This document shows, piece by piece, positions 26,485 through 33,193 of a stretch of 36,515 nucleotides of DNA. A model generated the notes under the pieces. That model was not told the origin of the DNA, did no database searches, and saw nothing but the letters and a program-made list of their open reading frames with translations. This stretch comes from a virus: the UHGV virus genome UHGV-0074145; one strand, written 5' to 3'. Both the position numbers and the translations under genes were made by a program. Each line of letters starts with the position of its first letter. Positions within the stretch are counted from its first letter, which is position 1.

Positions 26485-26868
26485 TCACAAAATGTCTTCC
26501 AGCGAAAGCGCCAATCGCTTGGGCTTTTGCACATCTTCCGGCTTCGCCGCATCCCCCACGAGGTCGATCGTCATCTGAAAACTGACCTTCGCGCCGGGAA
26601 AGTAGAATGCCGCCGCGCGGCTGTAGGCGTCGAGGTCGGACAGGCAGTCTCCCACTCCCTTCGAGACGGCGGCAAGGCACTTGTCAAAGTCCTTTGTCTG
26701 CGCCACCGCCTGCGCAAACTCGCCGTCCTGCCGGCAAAAAGCGATCAGCGCGTCGGCAACCGGCGCACACAGGACTCTTGCGTATTTATCTTTATTGGTC
26801 GATTTCTTGCATGTTTCCAGATAGGCGATTGCCTCCGGCACGAAGACCGCCGCATGTTCATTGTTCAT
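26485..26868 (-). CDS. PcfK-like protein
   Basis: FAQAV..KDFDKCL..LSDLDAYSRAAAFY..LSLEDIL pattern, directly upstream of the PcfJ-like gene. Confidence 0.6.
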   Translation of the reverse strand: MNNEHAAVFVPEAIAYLETCKKSTNKDKYARVLCAPVADALIAFCRQDGEFAQAVAQTKDFDKCLAAVSKGVGDCLSDLDAYSRAAAFYFPGAKVSFQMTIDLVGDAAKPEDVQKPKRLALSLEDIL

Positions 26869-26911
26869 CTCTGTCTCCTTTCAAGGCGTGACAGCCTGTC
26901 ACGCCTTCCTT

Positions 26912-27244
26912 TCACACCACATTGTGCAGCACCTGCGCCACCGCCTGTGCCTCCGCCTTGGTGTACATCTCAAGGTCATCCGCACCGAACCGCAGCAGCA
27001 CCGCGTCGCCGCGCACAAGCGCACAGCCGTGCAGCGCGGTCGCGGTCGCATTCAGCTTGCCGTCCGGGCGGTCGCCCTCTCCCGTGACCAGCACAAGCCC
27101 GTTCTCCGCGCTGCGATACCACAGCGACCCGCCTACAAGGCAGGACAGCATCCGCCCGACCGGGCTGCCGTCGTTTATGCGCTTGACATACGGCCGCACA
27201 TCCGCCGGGATGACCACCACATAGTTTTTCTCGGCTTTTTTCAC
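26912..27244 (-). CDS. Hypothetical protein (DUF3846-like)
   Basis: 110 aa, LVGG..LNATATAL..VRGDAVLL pattern. Confidence 0.6.
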   Translation of the reverse strand: MKKAEKNYVVVIPADVRPYVKRINDGSPVGRMLSCLVGGSLWYRSAENGLVLVTGEGDRPDGKLNATATALHGCALVRGDAVLLRFGADDLEMYTKAEAQAVAQVLHNVV

Positions 27245-27582
27245 AGATCCGCCTCCGCCGCAGCGCGGGCAGCATCTTCAAGCGGGCTGTTCTGCGGCAA
27301 AACAACCGTCACCACAGGCAGCATCTCCACGACCGCATCGGCAATTTCGGCGGCCTCTTTGCCGGCGCACTTTTCAATTTGCGATGTCGTGATCTTCAGC
27401 GCCGCCAAAATATACGGCAGTTCTTCGCGACAAAACGGATTGATTGCATCGGTAAGCACCACCGCGTAGGTCTGCGCAGCCTGCTGCAGCAGACGCGCAT
27501 GTGCTTCTCCCGGCTCAGTCCCTGAAAGCACAAGCTGTTTCAGTTCCTCCAGCTTCGCATAGGCTCTTTCTCTTGTTGTCAT
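27241..27582 (-). CDS. Hypothetical protein
   Basis: 113 aa, 4-bp overlaps with both neighbours. Confidence 0.75.
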   Translation of the reverse strand: MTTRERAYAKLEELKQLVLSGTEPGEAHARLLQQAAQTYAVVLTDAINPFCREELPYILAALKITTSQIEKCAGKEAAEIADAVVEMLPVVTVVLPQNSPLEDAARAAAEADL

Positions 27583-27710
27583 CTTCCATTCCCGAGCGGG
27601 ATCTCGTGCCGCTCGACTCCTTCCTTGTATCGGATTGTGATTTCAATTTTCTCCGGCAGCTCGCGCGGCTCGGGAAGCCGTGCAAGATAGGCCTGTACCG
27701 TCGCGTTCAT
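27579..27710 (-). CDS. Small hypothetical protein (43 aa)
   Basis: MNATVQAYLARLPE...; fills an operon gap and has an ATGA overlap with the next gene; RBS weak. Confidence 0.5.
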   Translation of the reverse strand: MNATVQAYLARLPEPRELPEKIEITIRYKEGVERHEIPLGNGR

Positions 27711-27729
27711 CTGCGCCCGCACGGCTTTG

Positions 27730-28113
27730 TCAGTTCTCCCCGGCAACGCCCGACACCTTCTTTCCTTCGACGCGGTCCACCGTGATCTTGTTCCCGCTGA
27801 TGGCAATGCGCACCGTGCAGATCGCCGGCACAACGACCGCCACCTTCTGGACGTCCCCGCGGCCAATCAGATCCACCAGCGCGCACAGCGCAAAGACCGC
27901 GCCGTCGGCAAGCGGGACAAGCCCGCGCGCCTCCGCCCCCGCACCGAACAAATCGTGTACGATCTTCTTTGCCTCCTTGGCGGCATTGACCCGCTTGCGC
28001 CGTGCCGTCGCCTCGAAGCAAAGGCATTCCGCCGTCGCCTCCTCGTCGGTTTCCGCACCTGCGAGCACCTGCCCGCAGTATTCGCAAGTTCCCATGTCTG
28101 TTTCCTCCTTCAA
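27730..28113 (-). CDS. Hypothetical Zn-binding protein
   Basis: CEYCGQ..CLC motif; true start may be the internal MGTC. Confidence 0.7.
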   Translation of the reverse strand: MKEETDMGTCEYCGQVLAGAETDEEATAECLCFEATARRKRVNAAKEAKKIVHDLFGAGAEARGLVPLADGAVFALCALVDLIGRGDVQKVAVVVPAICTVRIAISGNKITVDRVEGKKVSGVAGEN

Positions 28114-28319
28114 TCTAAGTACAATTCAACCGTATCGTTCTCTGTGACGGCGGTGCGCTTGTGGAAATCAGTGACCGTGCCGGAGACTTCCGCGACGCCT
28201 TCGCCGTGTGCTTCCTTTACAAGGTCGGCAAGCTCGTCCAGCCCCAGCACCTTGGACACACGCACATCCGCACTCGCCGGGCAAGTCGCCAGCAGGTGCA
28301 TCAACTCGTATACCTTCAC
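28110..28319 (-). CDS. Hypothetical protein
   Basis: 69 aa, MKVYELM.., AGGAGG RBS. Confidence 0.7.
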   Translation of the reverse strand: MKVYELMHLLATCPASADVRVSKVLGLDELADLVKEAHGEGVAEVSGTVTDFHKRTAVTENDTVELYLD

Positions 28320-28552
28320 GCCCTCTCCCTCCTTTCGTAGGGGATCTCGCAGAAGCGCAGCGCTATGGGGAAGTCCGACGCATGGAATACCCCCGGCACA
28401 AGCCCGGCGTGCGGGTAGAGCCGGATCACGCCGCTGCGGTTGTCCAGATGCCCGCGCAGCGCCCCGGTAAACATGCCGAAGCGGTAGGCGTTCACCACAA
28501 ACGTGCCTGCGCCGATCTCGCGATCGACCTTAAAGACGATTCCGTCCCGCAT
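28316..28552 (-). CDS. Hypothetical protein
   Basis: 78 aa from MRDGIV with GGAGGTG RBS. Confidence 0.6.
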   Translation of the reverse strand: MRDGIVFKVDREIGAGTFVVNAYRFGMFTGALRGHLDNRSGVIRLYPHAGLVPGVFHASDFPIALRFCEIPYERRERA

Positions 28553-28739
28553 CGGGTTCACCTCCTGCCCGCCGAAAGGCCTCCCGCACACGCCGCTTGG
28601 CAATCCGCGCCGCATAGTGCGCTGTAATCTCCCGGTCAAGCCAGGCGACGATCGCGTCCCGGCTCTCCACCGCCTCCACGGCGGCGCAGACGACCGTAAA
28701 CACCGCCAGCACAAACCCCAAAATCAAAAGCTCGTTCAT
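28530..28739 (-). CDS. Small membrane protein
   Basis: 69 aa from MNELLILGFVLAVF (AGGAGG RBS, ATGA overlap), one TM segment. Confidence 0.7.
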   Translation of the reverse strand: MNELLILGFVLAVFTVVCAAVEAVESRDAIVAWLDREITAHYAARIAKRRVREAFRRAGGEPDAGRNRL

Positions 28740-29035
28740 GCCGTTTCCTCCTTTGCCGTGCCGATCCCGAGGTTCTTCAGCTTTTTGAACTTCGCCTCCA
28801 GCTTCCCGATGTCCAACCCCCACGCCTTGTAGGCGTCGTCGGTCGGTACAGACAGGTTGTCGATCAGCATCAGCCCGTTCGAGATTGTGTACTCGCGCGC
28901 CACGCGCTTCAGGCGGCTGAGTGTCGTTGCCGAAGCGTCCGGAAACAGCTTCCGCAGGTCTGCTGTGTACAGCGCAAAGGTGCTGTAATACAGCTCCACC
29001 GCCACCTCCACGCTTGCGATTCTCGGTGTGTTCAT
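28736..29035 (-). CDS. Putative DNA-binding protein (excisionase candidate)
   Basis: 99 aa immediately after cro, HTH-like segment; function inferred from position. Confidence 0.5.
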   Translation of the reverse strand: MNTPRIASVEVAVELYYSTFALYTADLRKLFPDASATTLSRLKRVAREYTISNGLMLIDNLSVPTDDAYKAWGLDIGKLEAKFKKLKNLGIGTAKEETA

Positions 29036-29238
29036 GCGTCCGCCTCCTTTCGTTCTTCAAACAAATCGCTGATTGTGCAGCCGAGCAGCTTTGCAATTTT
29101 CGGCAGCATGTCCGCCCGCGGCAATGCCGCCCCGGTTTCCCACATGGAAACAGCAGACTGTTTTACGCCGAGGCTGTCTGCCATTTCTTTTTGGGTGATG
29201 CCCGTTCTTTCTCGATATTGACGAATGCTCTCTATCAT
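29032..29238 (-). CDS. cro: Cro-like XRE HTH regulator
   Basis: TQKEMADSLGVKQSAVSMWETG HTH, divergent from the repressor. Confidence 0.9.
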   Translation of the reverse strand: MIESIRQYRERTGITQKEMADSLGVKQSAVSMWETGAALPRADMLPKIAKLLGCTISDLFEERKEADA

Positions 29239-29250
29239 TTTGCCCTCCAA

Positions 29251-29360
29251 AATATTAGTTTACTTTATAATATATCAGCAAAACTAATTTGTCAATAGGA
29301 AAATATAAATTTTATAAATAAAATATTGCGTTATCAAATAATATAAGTTATATTGATATT
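29251..29360. promoter_or_regulatory. Divergent lysis/lysogeny switch
   Basis: Minus strand TTGACA(29290-95)-17-TATTAT(29267-72); plus strand TTGCGT(29326-31)-17-TATATT(29349-54); ATnAG-N5-CTnAT-like operators at 29254, 29274 and 29343. Confidence 0.8.
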
Positions 29361-29375
29361 CAAAGAGGTGATAAC

Positions 29376-29735
29376 ATGCAGAACCGAATTAAAGAATTGC
29401 GTTTGAGTAAAAAAATTACGCAGGTGGAGCTTGCCAAGCATTTAAGCGTATCACAAGGTACGCTGTCGTTTTGGGAACAGGGGAAATATGAGCCCGATAA
29501 CAAGAGCCTCACCAAGCTCGCCGATTATTTCGGCGTATCGGTCGATTATCTTCTCGGCAAGACCGACATCAAAAAAACGCCCCACGGGAGCGAGGCGCTT
29601 CAGCAGCTGCTGGACGAATCGAACGCGCACATGGCGGTCGTCATCGGAAAAGGGAAGGAGCGTCGGATCATCGAAGTCCCCGCCGACGCCGAGGAAATCA
29701 TCCGCTCCACGCTCGAGGCATTCAAAAATAAATAA
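29376..29735 (+). CDS. CI/ImmR-like XRE repressor
   Basis: TQVELAKHLSVSQGTLSFWEQG..LADYFGVSVDYLLG; no S24 peptidase domain. Confidence 0.9.
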   Translation: MQNRIKELRLSKKITQVELAKHLSVSQGTLSFWEQGKYEPDNKSLTKLADYFGVSVDYLLGKTDIKKTPHGSEALQQLLDESNAHMAVVIGKGKERRIIEVPADAEEIIRSTLEAFKNK

Positions 29736-29777
29736 GAAAGAAGCGGTACAAGCGCGGCTAAGAATGCACTGGAACTG

Positions 29778-29850
29778 GTGACATTTTTCGACAAATTTGT
29801 TAAAATCTCCTTAGCGAAACCCTGAAATTTATTTTTAAGGAGATTTTAAC
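29778..29850 (+). promoter_or_regulatory. Internal promoter overlapping a 15-bp anti-SD inverted repeat
   Basis: GTGACA-17-(TGT)TAAAAT; GTTAAAATCTCCTTA (29799-813) pairs with TAAGGAGATTTTAAC (29836-50). Confidence 0.7.
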
Positions 29851-29851
29851 C

Positions 29852-30730
29852 ATGGAGAACATCATTCGTATTGCCGACGATTTCGCAAAACAGTACAAAC
29901 TCGCCTTGCCCCTGCGCCTCGACACCATGAGGCATCTTTGCGATGCCCTCGGGTATAAGCTGTTGACCTACGCCGAAGGCGCCCCCATCCTCGAAAAATT
30001 GTCGTTCGATGACTATATGCACTGCCCGGCATTTTGCACGCGCGTGATGGATTGCAATGTCGTGTTTTATGATGATACCTGCAGCGTCGGCACGCGGCTG
30101 TTTTCCCTGGCACACGAAATCGGGCATATCGTGCTGCGGCATATCGCAACCGGCGCACTCGGGTATGACGCATCTGATACTGCCCAGGAGCGTGAGGCGG
30201 ATGCCTTTGCCTACGCTTTGCTCGCGCCGCTCGATGCGCTGCGCGCAGCGCGCGTCCGTACCGTCAAACAGATCCAGCGGATGACGCTCCTGGACCGCGA
30301 ACGCGCGGCGCATGTGCTCGCGGAATTACAGGCAGAGCAGCCGGAGACGCCGCAGGTAAAGCCGGCTCGCCCGCTTCTGATTTTCTATACAAGCATCGGC
30401 GCTGCGCTTGCGCTCGTCATCGCGTCTGTGTCAGTAGTGATGTATTTTCGAACCCCCACATACACGCACGACACAGCGCAGTCGCAGACATTCGTCATCA
30501 CCGCTCGCACACATCGGCAGGAACCGGCACCCGCCGAATCGACACTTGCTGCCGCAGCCCTCTCCGCCGATGAACCCGAGCAGGAAGAAATCGTCTATAT
30601 CACAAGCTGCGGCAAGCGGTATCATAAAGCGACTTGTTTTCAGATTCAACGCAGAAGCACGCACGCCGTCTCCATATCAGAAGCGGCCGCGCTTGAAAAA
30701 ACGCCCTGTAAATGCTGCTTTTGCGACTGA
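29852..30730 (+). CDS. ImmA/IrrE-family metallopeptidase fused to a TM helix and a C-terminal Cys/His metal-binding domain
   Basis: RLFSLAHEIGHIVL..EREADAFA; hydrophobic helix; VYITSCGKRYH..C...PCKCC. Confidence 0.85.
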   Translation: MENIIRIADDFAKQYKLALPLRLDTMRHLCDALGYKLLTYAEGAPILEKLSFDDYMHCPAFCTRVMDCNVVFYDDTCSVGTRLFSLAHEIGHIVLRHIATGALGYDASDTAQEREADAFAYALLAPLDALRAARVRTVKQIQRMTLLDRERAAHVLAELQAEQPETPQVKPARPLLIFYTSIGAALALVIASVSVVMYFRTPTYTHDTAQSQTFVITARTHRQEPAPAESTLAAAALSADEPEQEEIVYITSCGKRYHKATCFQIQRRSTHAVSISEAAALEKTPCKCCFCD

Positions 30731-30763
30731 AATCAAGATTTTAATTTAATAAGGAGAAAAAAC

Positions 30764-31726
30764 ATGAAGCATTTCTTTTCTGCATTGTTTGGATACATTT
30801 TTGACTTGATATTGAAACTTGTCTTTTCCGTTGTAATCGTGCCGCCGTTCCTTGCTTTGAATGCGCCTGCATGGCTGCTTGCAGCAGTTGTCTTGCTTTA
30901 CCCCCTGGCATTTAAGTATCTGCCGACAATGACAACGATAGCAGATATTATCTTGTGGATCGTCGGGCTTGTCTGGGTCATCTGTGGCAAAACGCTTTTT
31001 CGCGGCATAATCGGGCCTGCCTTCCCGATCATATACTATGTACTCTTTGCATTGTTCTTTCTCTATTTGCTGTCTGCCGCCTGTAGCGCAAAAAGAAAAA
31101 GTCTTGCGGCACGGAGAGACAGCGCACAGCGCGAGAACAATACGGCACAAATGGATTGCTTACAAGATGAAAGCGAACTATGCGAAGCATCCGCAAAAAC
31201 AGAGCAGGATATGCAGACATATAATAGCTGCGTGCATGCGATCGAAAGAGCGACCGGATTCATTGCAACTTCAGTAGTTACGCTTGCAAGTCACACAGAA
31301 CGCGGTCATGCTGAACTCTGCGATTTGGTTCTGCCGTTCTTTGCATTGGGCGCTTTGGAAAGCGAGTATCTCGAACCGGGCGCTACGTATACAGTGATGC
31401 ATAGTGACACAGATGCTCTTATTGACGACCTGAGCCTCTGGGTTGGCGAATATGTGTATAAAATAGCGGCTTTGCATGACATGACAGATTTGTTTGAGAC
31501 GATCCTTGCAAAAGGAAATAAATATCGTTTCTATGTGTCTGGATTCTTAAAGGCACATGCCGATGACAGCATCCGTTTGGTATGTTACGAACTGTTTGAT
31601 GCACTTAGTATTTCTCGGCTCTACCTGTCCGAAGAAGATGTCGATTCTGTCGCTGATGCGGTAGATGAAGCCTTTGGACGGATTATGTATTTGACTATGA
31701 AAGACTGCTTGCGCGAGAAGGACTGA
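30764..31726 (+). CDS. Membrane protein of unknown function (lysogeny accessory)
   Basis: About 4 N-terminal TM segments plus a soluble domain, lower GC, AAGGAG RBS. Confidence 0.75.
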   Translation: MKHFFSALFGYIFDLILKLVFSVVIVPPFLALNAPAWLLAAVVLLYPLAFKYLPTMTTIADIILWIVGLVWVICGKTLFRGIIGPAFPIIYYVLFALFFLYLLSAACSAKRKSLAARRDSAQRENNTAQMDCLQDESELCEASAKTEQDMQTYNSCVHAIERATGFIATSVVTLASHTERGHAELCDLVLPFFALGALESEYLEPGATYTVMHSDTDALIDDLSLWVGEYVYKIAALHDMTDLFETILAKGNKYRFYVSGFLKAHADDSIRLVCYELFDALSISRLYLSEEDVDSVADAVDEAFGRIMYLTMKDCLREKD

Positions 31727-31760
31727 TTTTTTGTGCAAAGTCAGAATCGAGGTGACACCG

Positions 31761-32903
31761 ATGCCCATCTACAAAACCAATAAAAAACGGGACGGGCTGT
31801 TCCTCTACACAGTCCGCGTCAACTATACCGACAAAAACGGCAAGGCACACAGCCTCACGCGCACGGCCGTTGGCGCCGAGGCGGCAAAGCTGCTTGAATC
31901 CCAGCTTACAGCCGAATATAAGACCGGGCAAATCACGCCCGCCGAGCGCATGACCGTCGGCGAGCTGGTGAAGAGGTACCTTGCCGCCAAAGAAACGGAA
32001 GTCCGCCGTGCCTCTGTGGAAAAAACGCAGCGCATCATGAATCGCTATGTGCTCCCCACGCTGGAAAAAGAGCGGCTTGACAGGCTGAACCGACAGAAGA
32101 TGCAGGACTGGAAACTTGCCGTTTCTGCGCTCGGGCTTTCGCTGCGCACAAACAAAAATATTTACTCCGAATTTCGGGCAATGCTGAATTATGCCGTCAA
32201 GATGGAGTATATAGCGCAAAATCCGTTGACGGCGGTCGGCAATTTTAAGGACACCGATTTCACGCCACCGCAGGAAAAGCTGCACTACTATACCGCAGAC
32301 GAGTTTTTGCGGTATAAGGCGGCAGCACTGGCGGATGCAGAGCGGAGGGAAACCCTCTCCGAGTATGCCTACTATGTCTTCTTCTGCATCGCCTACTATA
32401 TGGGGATGCGCAAGGGTGAGATCAACGCGCTGCGCTGGTCGGACATCAACGAGGAACTGCTCACCGTCCGCCGCTCCGTCTCGCAGAAAGTCAAGGGAGA
32501 AAGCGCGGTTGAAACGCTGCCTAAGAATAAAACATCCTACCGCACCATCGAAATCCCTGCGCCACTGATGGAGATTCTCGCAGAATACAAAAAGCGCCTC
32601 GAAAGTCGAGACGCTTATCGGGATAACTACCGCGTATGCGGCGGCGGGGAAGAGGGAGTCTTGCCGGACACCAGTCTTTCCAATCATAATGTACGCTATG
32701 CAGATGCCGCAGGCCTTGCGCACATTCGCATCCACGACTTCCGGCACAGCCATGCCAGCCTGCTTGCCAACGAGGGCATCAACATTCAGGAGATTGCCCG
32801 GCGGCTCGGGCACGCTAAAATCGAAATGACCTGGAACACCTACGCGCACCTCTATCCGCGCGAGAGCGAGCGTTCACTTTCTGTCCTCAACAAAGTAAAA
32901 TGA
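31761..32903 (+). CDS. int: Tyrosine integrase
   Basis: GMRKGEINAL, HDFRHSHAS and RLGH..TYAHL catalytic motifs; GAGGTG RBS before ATG 31761. Confidence 0.95.
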   Translation: MPIYKTNKKRDGLFLYTVRVNYTDKNGKAHSLTRTAVGAEAAKLLESQLTAEYKTGQITPAERMTVGELVKRYLAAKETEVRRASVEKTQRIMNRYVLPTLEKERLDRLNRQKMQDWKLAVSALGLSLRTNKNIYSEFRAMLNYAVKMEYIAQNPLTAVGNFKDTDFTPPQEKLHYYTADEFLRYKAAALADAERRETLSEYAYYVFFCIAYYMGMRKGEINALRWSDINEELLTVRRSVSQKVKGESAVETLPKNKTSYRTIEIPAPLMEILAEYKKRLESRDAYRDNYRVCGGGEEGVLPDTSLSNHNVRYADAAGLAHIRIHDFRHSHASLLANEGINIQEIARRLGHAKIEMTWNTYAHLYPRESERSLSVLNKVK

Positions 32904-32927
32904 CAAAACCGTTCCGCACATCTCCCC

Positions 32928-33156
32928 AAATTCGTGTAAAATTCGTGTACGCAAAACAGAAAAGCCCGCAAGCACAAGGCTTGCGGGCTTTTTGGTGGGA
33001 GCGGGTGGAACTATCACCCCCATTTCACCGCATTTCACGCATTGTCTCCGCCTCTCGAAAAACCGCACAACCATGCGCTTTTTGCGCTTTTCGTGTCTGC
33101 ACGCGCAACCGCAAAAATGCAAATTTTCAGAAAATTCGTGTACGATTCGTGTACGG
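32928..33156. other. attP: tRNA 3'-end core flanked by arm-type repeats
   Basis: Core 32993-33009 is the reverse complement of TCCACCCGCTCCCACCA; ATTCGTGTA pairs at 32930/32941 and 33134/33145. Confidence 0.85.
32960..32993. terminator. Bidirectional terminator
   Basis: AAAAGCCCGCAAGC-ACAAG-GCTTGCGGGCTTTT. Confidence 0.85.
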
Positions 33157-33158
33157 TT

Positions 33159-33186
33159 CTATGGGCAGGGGCACTCCTGCCCATAG
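33159..33186. terminator. Hairpin just past the giant gene stop
   Basis: CTATGGGCAGG-GGCACT-CCTGCCCATAG; T-rich tail only on the + strand. Confidence 0.6.
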
Positions 33187-33193
33187 GTTTATT

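Noticed and set aside
16741..26585. Long + strand ORFs opposite scaffold, terL, DUF3102-like and PcfJ-like genes
   Set aside because: Shadow frames of well-supported minus-strand genes
29770..29790. LexA/SOS box before the ImmA-like gene
   Set aside because: GAAC-N4-GACA does not match the Firmicutes GAAC-N4-GTTY consensus
31695..32849. 384-aa minus-strand ORF
   Set aside because: Antisense shadow of the integrase
32993..33020. Possible full tRNA gene
   Set aside because: Only the 3' 17 nt are present; the T-loop and 5' half are missing, so it is an att core
32928..33156. CRISPR-like mini-array
   Set aside because: Repeats are only 9-12 bp, adjacent and without spacers; they fit integrase arm sites
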